From Oceanispirochaeta sp. (GTDB lineage: Bacteria > Spirochaetota > Spirochaetia > DSM-2461): a stretch of 64,000 nt of DNA. The DNA is taken from the NCBI GenBank assembly GCA_963663385.2, contig CAXXXD010000001.1:64001-128000 (forward strand), in the 5' to 3' direction. The notes under the pieces are model-generated. The model did no database searches. It was given only the letters and a program-made list of their open reading frames with translations, and was not told the origin of the DNA. The translations under genes and the position numbers were made by a program. Within the stretch, counting starts at the first letter, position 1; the number at the start of each line of letters is the position of its first letter. This document shows positions 29,099 through 38,064 of the stretch, piece by piece.

Positions 29099-29192
29099 AA
29101 AAATTATTCAGGCTTCGCGGATTAAGCCGGGATATGCGTGCCCTCAAAGAGTACTGCCTGTCCTGTCTGCTTCCGGCCTAAAGGAAGAAAAA

Positions 29193-29684
29193 ATGAAAGA
29201 ATTGAAAAAGTGGATTGTTCTGCTTGCCGCCCTGTTCGTACTTTCAGGAATGATGTCCTGTGAGATGTTTGAATCAGATGATGAAGAAACCATCGAAGTT
29301 AAGGGAGAGTGGGATACGGGTTATGGTTCAATTATCATAACAGATTCAACTATCTCATGGTATGGGACAGATGGAACTCTCAGCTATGCGTACGATATTG
29401 AAAGCTTCAGCAATGACTCCTGGAACGGATCAGAAACAGGAGAAGGTGATTACGGTTATATGGTTATCAAATATACAACTGCACCAACCTGGAATGACAG
29501 CGTTAACGGATTATATAACATTTTTCGATGGCAGAACCTTAATAGTTCAGGATCACCAGCAAGCTTCGAGTATGGAGAAGCTTATCTGGATGGAACCTAC
29601 CATGAAAGTGCAAGCGAGTCAAAAAATACAGCAACATCATCTAATGGCTATTATTGGTTTTCCTCTGCTACAAAAGTTGATTAA
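29193..29684 (+). CDS. Hypothetical lipoprotein, first gene under the B12 riboswitch
   Basis: Signal peptide ending in GMMSC; aromatic-rich, probably beta-rich; no family recognised. Confidence 0.75.
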   Translation: MKELKKWIVLLAALFVLSGMMSCEMFESDDEETIEVKGEWDTGYGSIIITDSTISWYGTDGTLSYAYDIESFSNDSWNGSETGEGDYGYMVIKYTTAPTWNDSVNGLYNIFRWQNLNSSGSPASFEYGEAYLDGTYHESASESKNTATSSNGYYWFSSATKVD

Positions 29685-30641
29685 ATGATTGAAAAATCCA
29701 TTAAAACAGCCCTGCTCGTCCTGACGACAGGGCTGTTTTTTTTAATAAGCAGCTGTTCAAACGATTCGTCTCCGGCATCGCCCTATAGTCCTGATACCCC
29801 GGACACCTCTGAGGATAATGATAAAACATGGGAAGAGGTCTTATCGGAGGATCCCTCCTACCCTCCCAATGTGTACCTTACAGAATTTGTCGAATGGTCC
29901 CCGGGACAGGTTGGCAGCTCACGGATGGGAACCGAATATACCGATGCAGAGGGTTATCCTCTGGAATCAGGTACGGTGAATGCCTTTGGTCCCCCTGAAG
30001 GCGGAGGATCCTATACCGGGGGCGATGGATTAACCTGCCCCATCGGGATAGACGGTTGGGCCGTGTGGAAGTTCAACCCGGACTATATCATTGTAAACGG
30101 AGAAGGGGCCGATTTTACCACCTTTACAAAGACCTGGGCCTGGAGCAGCAAGGCCGACGGTCTGTGCTGCGAACTGGCACGCGTGGAAGTGTCCGAAGAC
30201 GGTACGGTATGGTACGAAATGGATTCCGCCCTGATCCGATATGACGAAAACCCCATCCCTGCAGAAAGCAACGGCAGCTACATCTATACCAATGTGCAGG
30301 GACTGCACGGCAATGCTCCCACCTGGGCCAATTTCCGCAGGGATATGCCGGCGGAAGAGCTGCAGACAGTCGACGGGGTTTTAAAGTGGGTGGAAACGGA
30401 AGAGACCGTCAGCCGTTACTTTACGGCTGGAGACACAAATCTGGGAGGGATTTCCTTTGATCTGTCCGATTTTCACCTGAAAGGGGATCCCGCAGAAAGC
30501 TGGCCTGCCGATGGGAAAATGAGATATCTTAAGATAATAGACGACAGCTCCATCCTGGACGGACAGGACTATGCCAGAGAGTGGGCTTTGGGGGCCAATC
30601 TGATGGCTGCCATGGGGCTCCATACCGCTCCGGCCGAGTGA
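29685..30641 (+). CDS. Cell-surface lipoprotein, BtuH-like (putative B12-binding)
   Basis: Lipobox LISSC; EWSPGQ, GIDGWAVWKF..IVNGEGADF, ELARVEVSEDG..WY, GGISFDLSD and RYLKIID resemble the Bacteroidetes BtuH-type domain. Confidence 0.6.
   Translation: MIEKSIKTALLVLTTGLFFLISSCSNDSSPASPYSPDTPDTSEDNDKTWEEVLSEDPSYPPNVYLTEFVEWSPGQVGSSRMGTEYTDAEGYPLESGTVNAFGPPEGGGSYTGGDGLTCPIGIDGWAVWKFNPDYIIVNGEGADFTTFTKTWAWSSKADGLCCELARVEVSEDGTVWYEMDSALIRYDENPIPAESNGSYIYTNVQGLHGNAPTWANFRRDMPAEELQTVDGVLKWVETEETVSRYFTAGDTNLGGISFDLSDFHLKGDPAESWPADGKMRYLKIIDDSSILDGQDYAREWALGANLMAAMGLHTAPAE
29703..29743 (+). terminator. Intrinsic terminator-like hairpin inside the 5' end of the BtuH-like gene
   Basis: aaaacagccctg(29703-29714) pairs with cagggctgtttt(29728-29739); T8 run at 29736-29743. 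Confidence 0.6.
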
Positions 30642-30645
30642 TAAT

Positions 30646-32604
30646 ATGAAATATGTAAAAAGAACAATACTTTCCATTCTGATCCTGCCCGCTCTCCTTA
30701 TTTCGGAGGATCTGAATATGCAGGACCTGGACACAATTTATATTACAGAGGATCGGCCTGAAACAGAAACCGGCGCCGGTCAGAAAACCGTTATTGAAAA
30801 AGAGACATGGGAGAGGAAGGGCGCACGGACTGTCGCGGAAGCAGTACACCTGACCCCCGGGGTAACGGTCAGCCGCTCCGGCACGACCCTGGACAACTCA
30901 ACCGTCAGCATCCGGGGCGCCGGTGGAGAACAGGTGCTTGTCATGATTAATGGGATCCCTCTCAATAACGGAAAAGGGGACCCGGTCAATCTCAGCACCC
31001 TCTCTTTAAACAATATTACAGAAATTGAGATTATCCGGGGCGGCAACAGCGCCGTTTACGGTGAGGGGGCCTTCGGAGGTGTTATCAATCTGATACAGAC
31101 CGAAGAACCCGTTTACTACTCCGAAGGAGATATTTACGCTTCTGCCGGATCCTTCCAGACCTATACCGGGGGCGGATCCTTCAAACTACCCCTCAGCTTA
31201 TCGGGAAACCTGACGGCAGACCTGGCCGGAGAGTATCGCCGGACAGAAGGGGAGTTCGATTACGAATCCCGGGACGGCAGTCTCAGCCGGAGAAACAGTC
31301 AGGGCTGGGCCGATAATATCAGCAGCGGGCTGGACTGGAATGCGGGAGGTCTGGACCGGCATAAGGCATCCTTCGATTTCAAATGGTATGAGGGAGAGAG
31401 GGGAATCCCGGGACTGATGGAATTCCTCACCCCCGATGCCCGGCTGGCAGACTCCCGCCTGAGCCTCTCTACCCGGTACCGCTTCAAAGGCTACGCCGGA
31501 CAGACTCTGGATGCGGAGTACTCTCTGATCCGGCAGACCTCCTGTTTTTCCAGCGAGGAAGAATCCGTAGATGACAAACATGAAAACCTGTCCCATAGAG
31601 GCCGTCTTGACCTCAGCTATAAAAAAGAAACGGGGAGCTGGTCATTTACCCCTTTACTGGGAGGGGTCTGTTCCTATGACAGTATGACCTCCACCAGCCT
31701 GATGAGCAGCAACGGAACAACCCTTCCGGGAGAAGCGAATCAGACAGGAGGTTCCCTGTATGGGCGACTGGAATTCTCCGGTAAAAATATAACTATTACC
31801 CCGGCGGGCCGCTGGGATTTCAGCCGGACCGAATATGCGGGCTGGGATGACAGTGAGGACGACAAGGCGTCCTGGTCTTTAACTACCGTTTACAGCCTTC
31901 CGTCGTTTAAGGATAAAATCAGTCTGAAAGGGAATACGGGAACCGCTTATCACAGCCCTGGCTTTGACGACCTCTTCTGGAGCGGCGGTTCCTTTGCAGA
32001 GGGAAATCCGGATCTGCTGCCCGAAGAGAGCTTTAACTGGGATGCAGGCCTGTACCTTACCCCGCTGACAGGTCTGGAGATTTCGACCGTTTACTTTCAG
32101 AGCTATACGGAGAACCTGATCCAGTGGCTGCCCACCGCAGGTGGAACCTGGCGACCCTCCAATATCGGCCGGGCGGAGGGATCAGGCCTGGAGAACAGCC
32201 TTTCCTGGCTGATCCCCCTGAAAGAGAAAGATCTTATATTCATGGAGCTTTCCGGAAGCTACAGCTGGATGAATATGATTGATAAAACGGCAGATTCGAT
32301 CAATACCGGAAACCGGCTGCCCTACAGGCCTCTTCACAGCGCCTCCGGATCCTGCTCCCTTACCAGAGACAGCCACAGCCTGACGTTCAGCGGCCGTTAT
32401 ATGGGACAGCGCTTTACCAATATGGCCAATACCAAAGATCTGGATCCGGTTCTTACCTTTGATACAGTTCTGAAACTGGTATTTGATTCGGGCTTTTACA
32501 GCTCCTTCTCCCTGCTGAATATGGGAGATATCCAGTACATTGACAAACTGGGCTACCCCATCCCCGGACGGGAGTGGTCCCTGAAAGGAGGCTACCGCTT
32601 TTGA
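30646..32604 (+). CDS. TonB-dependent outer-membrane receptor, BtuB-like
   Basis: LDTIYIT (TonB-box-like); plug SIRGAGGEQVLVMING..IEIIRGGNSAVYG...GGVINL; NPDLLPE; C-terminal PGREWSLKGGYRF. Confidence 0.9.
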   Translation: MKYVKRTILSILILPALLISEDLNMQDLDTIYITEDRPETETGAGQKTVIEKETWERKGARTVAEAVHLTPGVTVSRSGTTLDNSTVSIRGAGGEQVLVMINGIPLNNGKGDPVNLSTLSLNNITEIEIIRGGNSAVYGEGAFGGVINLIQTEEPVYYSEGDIYASAGSFQTYTGGGSFKLPLSLSGNLTADLAGEYRRTEGEFDYESRDGSLSRRNSQGWADNISSGLDWNAGGLDRHKASFDFKWYEGERGIPGLMEFLTPDARLADSRLSLSTRYRFKGYAGQTLDAEYSLIRQTSCFSSEEESVDDKHENLSHRGRLDLSYKKETGSWSFTPLLGGVCSYDSMTSTSLMSSNGTTLPGEANQTGGSLYGRLEFSGKNITITPAGRWDFSRTEYAGWDDSEDDKASWSLTTVYSLPSFKDKISLKGNTGTAYHSPGFDDLFWSGGSFAEGNPDLLPEESFNWDAGLYLTPLTGLEISTVYFQSYTENLIQWLPTAGGTWRPSNIGRAEGSGLENSLSWLIPLKEKDLIFMELSGSYSWMNMIDKTADSINTGNRLPYRPLHSASGSCSLTRDSHSLTFSGRYMGQRFTNMANTKDLDPVLTFDTVLKLVFDSGFYSSFSLLNMGDIQYIDKLGYPIPGREWSLKGGYRF

Positions 32605-33980
32605 AAAGAGTCAGCCCTGTACACACAACATTAGTCCTTTTATCTCTGCTGTTTTTTTCCTGTGAAGAGGAGATAAAAACCGACTATCAGAGCTTTATGG
32701 ACAAGGATTACCCTTCGGCTCTCTTGGTTCTGAATGGAGAGGCCGAGACCATCAGCGCCTACAGTGCAGAGGATGACAAGGTATATAAAAACCTGCAGCT
32801 GGTGGGGCACAACGGTACAAGCGAAGCCTGGCCGGCTGATATGGTACAGTCCGGGGACAGCCTCTATGTGGTCTGTTCGGGACAGAATTCCATAGAGAAG
32901 TATAACGCAGAGACTCTGGATTATGAGGGAGAGATCTACCTGAAAAACGGGTATAACCCCATGACCCTCTGTTTACTGGAAAACGGGACAAAAGCCGCTG
33001 TAGCCGGATATGAATCGGATGAGATTGTTGTGGTGGATCTTGCCGCCATGACCAGGCTCTCCGGCTATATACCGTCCTTTGAGGAAATTGCTCTACCGGC
33101 GGGAAGTCACCGGGAGAGCCGGATATCTGAAAGTGACAAAAATGCTGTAGGAGAGAATCACAGCAGAGGGACAACCGGCCTGGCCGTTTCCGGAACTGTT
33201 CTGTATGCGGGGAATGTCCGTTACGACAGCAGTATCCTCCTGACGGATTCAAACGGAAACCTGATTAGCTACGAAGGCTCTGATGCCAGGGCCGCCGGAT
33301 ATTTCCGGGAAGGGACCCTCAGCGTTTTCCAGCTGGGAGACAACTTTGCCTCCGCCTCCCTTATCCGCGAAATCAACCTGCAGGAACAGTTCGAAACTCT
33401 GGGAGGCACCCCCTACTTCCCCGGTGACGGCCTGAACCCCCAGTCCCTCTTTGTTCTGGAGGGGAAATTGCATATTATCTGCACGGGAACCAACGGCGGT
33501 TCGGCACGAACCTACACCTCCGGCGAATATATCCCGAATGGGTATAGCGAGGGAAATATCGTCCCGGGAACCGATCCGGATGACGGGGTTGTTCTTGTCA
33601 TGGACCTGACAGATCCCCTGAATCCCGGCCTTGAAAAAATCATCTCTATAGGCGGTTCCCCCTCGGGATTCCGGGATTCTGCAGATACGGCGGGAAAAGT
33701 CCTCTACCTGGCGGGAGTGGGCGGAATCCAGTCCTATAACTATGCAGCGGAAACAGTACTCAGAGGATCGGACAATACCATTCTGGCCGGCAGCGATCCT
33801 TCGACGGACTTCTACTCCCATGTTCTCTACAGTTCAGGACGACTCTATGTTTCGGATTACACCCATGACAAACTGAATATTCTGATTGTTTCGGATAACG
33901 GTACGAATTACAGTTATGAACTGGCGGAATCCCATACCATAGGAGATGGACCGGGGGCTTTGACGGTTATGACGCGGTAG
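32601..33980 (+). CDS. Beta-propeller lipoprotein, YncE/BtuG-like
   Basis: TTG start at 32601 after AGGAGG; lipobox FFSC; repeated blades LYVVCSG, LYAGN, LHIICTG, LYLAG, LYVSDY; C-terminal GDGP. Confidence 0.65.
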   Translation: MKRVSPVHTTLVLLSLLFFSCEEEIKTDYQSFMDKDYPSALLVLNGEAETISAYSAEDDKVYKNLQLVGHNGTSEAWPADMVQSGDSLYVVCSGQNSIEKYNAETLDYEGEIYLKNGYNPMTLCLLENGTKAAVAGYESDEIVVVDLAAMTRLSGYIPSFEEIALPAGSHRESRISESDKNAVGENHSRGTTGLAVSGTVLYAGNVRYDSSILLTDSNGNLISYEGSDARAAGYFREGTLSVFQLGDNFASASLIREINLQEQFETLGGTPYFPGDGLNPQSLFVLEGKLHIICTGTNGGSARTYTSGEYIPNGYSEGNIVPGTDPDDGVVLVMDLTDPLNPGLEKIISIGGSPSGFRDSADTAGKVLYLAGVGGIQSYNYAAETVLRGSDNTILAGSDPSTDFYSHVLYSSGRLYVSDYTHDKLNILIVSDNGTNYSYELAESHTIGDGPGALTVMTR

Positions 33981-33996
33981 AGAGTTTAAAAACCAA

Positions 33997-34203
33997 ACCT
34001 CCCCTTTCACCTCCTCAGGAGGGGGATAATCTCCTGTGTCCCCTTTTCTCAGGAGGGGAATAGTCCGTTTTGCCTGTTTATACAAAGGAGAAAATGAAAA
34101 CTATGACTCCCCTCCAACCCCACTCAATCTCCCCGGAGGGGAGACGTCAATTCGGTTTCCCTCCCTTGGAGGGATTAAGGGAGGCCGAGGGGTTGGGGGA
34201 GGT
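33997..34203. repeat. Composite REP-like cluster between the convergent BtuG-like and tonB genes
   Basis: acctcccctttcacctcctcaggaggggga resembles 4633; contains the 70-bp unit at 34118-34187; right end ggggttgggggaggt. Confidence 0.75.
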
Positions 34204-34226
34204 CTGGATTAGGTGAGGATTAGCCC

Positions 34227-34964
34227 TTAAATCAACCGGAAAGAAAAAGTCTTCCAGACCTGGACAGATTCTTCCCTCCGGGGGAAACGCCACCCTTTTT
34301 TCACCGTATTGAGAACAGCTTTATCCAGGAGCTCATGACCGGAACTCTTTTCAAGGATAAGGGATTCCACTTTCCCCTTTTTGTTTATCACGAAAGAAAC
34401 GGTAACATCCCCTTCCCACTCCATCCGCTTTGCCTGAGAGGGGTAGGAGGGAGGAGGCATTTGAGCCCTGCCGGAAAAATCCAGGGAATCCAGCTTCTGA
34501 CCTGTAAACCCGGCAGACTCGACAGGTTCGTATTCCTGTGAGACAAATTCTTCTCCCTGTCGGGTAGGGTCGATTCCGGACTCTGCAAACCCGTCGTTCT
34601 GCAGAACAGGTGCATTTTCAGCCATAACCGGTTCGCGTCCCTGTTCATCAGCTTTGATTTCGTCTACAACAGGACCTCTATCTGATTCGACAGGTTTGTC
34701 ATTCTGCGGGGCGGTCTCCACTTTCTGTATGGCCGGTACCGGAATCTGTGGCGCCGGGAGGTCTTCACTGATCCTCTCCGGCCCGATTGTTTCTGGTTCC
34801 CCTATAACCGGAGGGGCCGCAAGAGAAACTGAGAGAACCGGCAGGGACTCAACTGCTTCCAGAAAGGAAAACTTCAAATTCCTGTCCAGAACGAACAGGG
34901 CAATGCTGTGGAGGAGAACGGAGAGTATAAGGGCATTTTTAAAGATTTTATTCCGGGTATGCAA
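34227..34964 (-). CDS. tonB: Energy transducer TonB
   Basis: N-terminal TM with SVLLH; Pro/Glu-rich linker; PSYPSQAKRMEWEGDVTVSFVI...SSGHELLDKA...WRF. Confidence 0.88.
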   Translation of the reverse strand: MHTRNKIFKNALILSVLLHSIALFVLDRNLKFSFLEAVESLPVLSVSLAAPPVIGEPETIGPERISEDLPAPQIPVPAIQKVETAPQNDKPVESDRGPVVDEIKADEQGREPVMAENAPVLQNDGFAESGIDPTRQGEEFVSQEYEPVESAGFTGQKLDSLDFSGRAQMPPPSYPSQAKRMEWEGDVTVSFVINKKGKVESLILEKSSGHELLDKAVLNTVKKGWRFPRREESVQVWKTFSFRLI

Positions 34965-35085
34965 AAAATTATCCTGTCAATAAGTTCCTTAGTATAAACG
35001 GTTAAACCTTTTCCTCCAATAGAAGAGCCTTTGATCTTCCGGAAATCCCCTTGAAAAAAACAGATTTTTACCCTGTAATGTTTCT

Positions 35086-35724
35086 ATGAAGAGACGTCCT
35101 TTCTTTTTCCTGTTTATTCTATTCTGCCTGATTCAGCCGCTGACCGCCCATCCCCATATGATGCTCACCAGCCGCTGTGCCCTTCACTTTGAAAACGACC
35201 TTATCAAGGGGATTAAACTGGAATGGGAATTCGATAAGTTCTTCAGTGCGGATATCCGTTTCTCTTTTGATGCTGATAAAAACGGGACTTACGATAAAGA
35301 CGAAACAAATGAAGTGTACAAGTTCGCCTTCAGCAATCTGGAAAAATACAATTACTTTACCTTTTTCCGTGAAAAGGATCACCGTTTTACTCCGGACAGG
35401 GTTGAGGATTTCAGTGTCTGGAATATAGACGATGAAACAGTAGCCTACAGCTTCTACATTCCCCTGAACAACTTTACAGGAAATGAATTGAATATTGCCG
35501 TTTATGACTACAGCTTTTTCTGCAATGTCAGCTATGACGAGAAAAATCCCGTTGTCCTGGACATGACCGGCTGCACGGTTAGCCCGGAGTTCAAACTGGC
35601 CGAGAACAGGGACTACCCCGTTTATTACGATCCCTTTGCCCCGGCATCGGATCTTTCTCTCCATGACAAGTGGCGTCCCGGACTGGAGACATTCTACCCG
35701 ACGGAGATTCAGATTGAATTCTGA
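35086..35724 (+). CDS. DUF1007 family periplasmic protein
   Basis: Signal peptide followed by AHPH; WEFDKFFS; VYDYSFF. Confidence 0.8.
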   Translation: MKRRPFFFLFILFCLIQPLTAHPHMMLTSRCALHFENDLIKGIKLEWEFDKFFSADIRFSFDADKNGTYDKDETNEVYKFAFSNLEKYNYFTFFREKDHRFTPDRVEDFSVWNIDDETVAYSFYIPLNNFTGNELNIAVYDYSFFCNVSYDEKNPVVLDMTGCTVSPEFKLAENRDYPVYYDPFAPASDLSLHDKWRPGLETFYPTEIQIEF

Positions 35725-36604
35725 TCTGTATAGAAAGCTGATCCTTATCGGCTTTATCATTCTGCTCCCCGGACTGTACATCGGAGCCAATCCTTTTCTG
35801 GGTTCTGCCGAAGAGCCGGCGGCACAGGCAGCCAGCTCCGGTCCCACACCGGAAGGACTGGCTGAAAAACAGCTGGACTTGAGGAACCGGATGGGCGACA
35901 TCCTGATATCCCTTAAAGAGGGACACTCTACCCGTTTGCTGATGGTATTGTACGCACTCTCCTTTCTTTACGGAGGGCTTCATGCTTCCGGTCCGGGGCA
36001 CAGGAAAACCATAGTATTCTCCCTTTTTCTCAGCCGGGAGGCAAGAATATGGGAACCCCTGGGATTCGGTTTTCTTCTGGCCCTGCTCCATGGAGGAAGC
36101 GCGGTTCTGCTGATCCTTTTCTATAAGTCTACAGCAGGTCCCCTGCTTTCCCGGAATCTCAATGCGGCCACACTGCAGATGGAGGGCTGGGCTTATACAC
36201 TCCTTCTGGCACTCTCCCTCTTCCTGCTGGCAGGAGCGGTCCGTCATGCCGTAAAGGGACACAGTCACAGGGAGTCAGAAAAACGCTCTCTGATGGCTAT
36301 TGCCCTTACAGGATTTTTCCCCTGTCCGGGAGCAATTATGATTCTGATTTTCACCCTGACCCAGGATCTTCTGGGCATGGGAGTAACAACAGTCCTTATC
36401 ATGTCCGCCGGGATGGCCCTCCCCATCAGCCTGGCCGGCTACCTGGCGTACTTCGGGAAAAAAGGTGTTTTTACGGCGTTAAAAAACAGGGAAAAACTAC
36501 TGCATAAGACTGCTACCGGAATGGAAATGGCCGGATACTCTTTCCTGCTGGTTTTTTCATTTGTAATGGCTCTTCCCTTTTTAAGAGGGATGATACAGGT
36601 TTAA
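35714..36604 (+). CDS. Nickel/cobalt transporter (NiCoT/RcnA-like)
   Basis: YGGLHASGPGHRKT, HSH and GFFPCPGA motifs; probable TTG start at 35714. Confidence 0.82.
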   Translation: MNSDLYRKLILIGFIILLPGLYIGANPFLGSAEEPAAQAASSGPTPEGLAEKQLDLRNRMGDILISLKEGHSTRLLMVLYALSFLYGGLHASGPGHRKTIVFSLFLSREARIWEPLGFGFLLALLHGGSAVLLILFYKSTAGPLLSRNLNAATLQMEGWAYTLLLALSLFLLAGAVRHAVKGHSHRESEKRSLMAIALTGFFPCPGAIMILIFTLTQDLLGMGVTTVLIMSAGMALPISLAGYLAYFGKKGVFTALKNREKLLHKTATGMEMAGYSFLLVFSFVMALPFLRGMIQV

Positions 36605-37932
36605 TCAAAAACCTCTTCTTCCCTTTTCTCTTCCCGTTCCTCCAGAACAAGATCGTATAGGGTGTGTTCCTGGTTCACCAGGAATCCGATGACCGCTGCA
36701 AGTCCGGCTGGAAGGCTGTAATACATCCCGAAAAGTTCAATGGTAATAATAGCTGCCGCTATGGGTGTATTCATAATGCTGGAAAAATAACCGGCGAATC
36801 CTGCTGCCAGAAGGGCGAAGTACTCAACCGAACCGAAGGGGATGGCAAAGATCTCCGCAAAACCCGCTCCCAGGAGCAGCCCCATCAGAATAGCCGGCCC
36901 CGCAAACCCGGCGCTCATCCCCGAACCGACCGTAAAGATATTCCCCATCCCTTTTAAAATAAACATAACAAAAAGGATCTGCAGAATAGCCGTGGAATGG
37001 GGCAGGTTCCCGTACAGGGGAACCCGGGCTCCCGAAAGGATGGCCGTAAACAGATCCTTACTTGTCCCCATAAGAGCGGGATTGACAAAAACAACCAGGG
37101 AAGCGACCAGAGACCCTGTCATCATATAAAAGGTCCGTCTGCAACGGGAGGTTTTATGATTCCGCCTGAACAGGCGGGATATCCCCGAATAGGAGAGTAT
37201 AAAGACTTTTCCGATAAACCCTGCGGCAAATGTTACAACCAGAAGGATCAGCAGCAGGTCCACATCCATGATGCCGTGAACTTCCGGGAATTTGATTATG
37301 GGGTCCAGCCCCAGGTGCCGGGCGAAAAAAACACTTGAAGTACTGGCCAGAATAGCCGGAAACATCTGCTTGTAGCGCATATTGGTTTTATGAATGATCT
37401 CAACCGCAAAGATTCCTCCCCCGATGGGACTGTGAACCAGGGCTCCCACAGCCGCAGCCATGCCGCAGATGGGAAAGACATGCTTCAATGACTCGGGGAG
37501 AATCCGTTTTGTCAGGATCCTGCCGATAAAGGACATGACACCGGCGCTCATACGGCCGGCAGGTCCCAATCCTCCGCCGCTGCCGAACATCCCCAGGGTA
37601 ATCAGTGCTGCAAAGAACTTAAACACAGTCTCCCGGAAGGAGAGGTAGCCGTCCCCCCTCCGGATACACTCAAGGTAGGAGGGGATTCCCTCTCCCATAG
37701 CTCCGGGAACCAGATTATACACAATCAGCCCCACAGGAACAGTACCCAGAACAGGCCAGAGAAAGAGAGGCACCTTCCTGAACGATAGAAGAATGGCATT
37801 CAGATTATCAACCAGGCTGAACAGCCCATGAATACACAGATTCCCCACAGCCCCCGCCAGAACGGCAATAAAGGACCATTGAATGAGATACATCAGGGAG
37901 ATCCGGTCTTCTCTATTGTATAGGTTCAGCAC
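36601..37932 (-). CDS. ClC chloride channel family protein, atypical
   Basis: GxGIP, CGMAAAVGALVHSPIGGGIFAVE and NTPIAAAIITIELFG motifs; many TM helices. Confidence 0.82.
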   Translation of the reverse strand: MLNLYNREDRISLMYLIQWSFIAVLAGAVGNLCIHGLFSLVDNLNAILLSFRKVPLFLWPVLGTVPVGLIVYNLVPGAMGEGIPSYLECIRRGDGYLSFRETVFKFFAALITLGMFGSGGGLGPAGRMSAGVMSFIGRILTKRILPESLKHVFPICGMAAAVGALVHSPIGGGIFAVEIIHKTNMRYKQMFPAILASTSSVFFARHLGLDPIIKFPEVHGIMDVDLLLILLVVTFAAGFIGKVFILSYSGISRLFRRNHKTSRCRRTFYMMTGSLVASLVVFVNPALMGTSKDLFTAILSGARVPLYGNLPHSTAILQILFVMFILKGMGNIFTVGSGMSAGFAGPAILMGLLLGAGFAEIFAIPFGSVEYFALLAAGFAGYFSSIMNTPIAAAIITIELFGMYYSLPAGLAAVIGFLVNQEHTLYDLVLEEREEKREEEVFD

Positions 37933-38064
37933 AAGAGAAATTGTACTTGGAACAAAAGGAATAAGCCAGCAGGTTTTTTTATTTCATAATGCTCGCTGAG
38001 AAATTATATCGGAGGATTCGAAAAATCAAATCCCTCTGCCCTATAATTAAACAGGAGGAAACCT

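Noticed and set aside
4633..34203. GC-rich repeats considered as a CRISPR array or IS ends
   Set aside because: No regular repeat-spacer periodicity, no cas or transposase gene, and no target-site duplication that I could identify.
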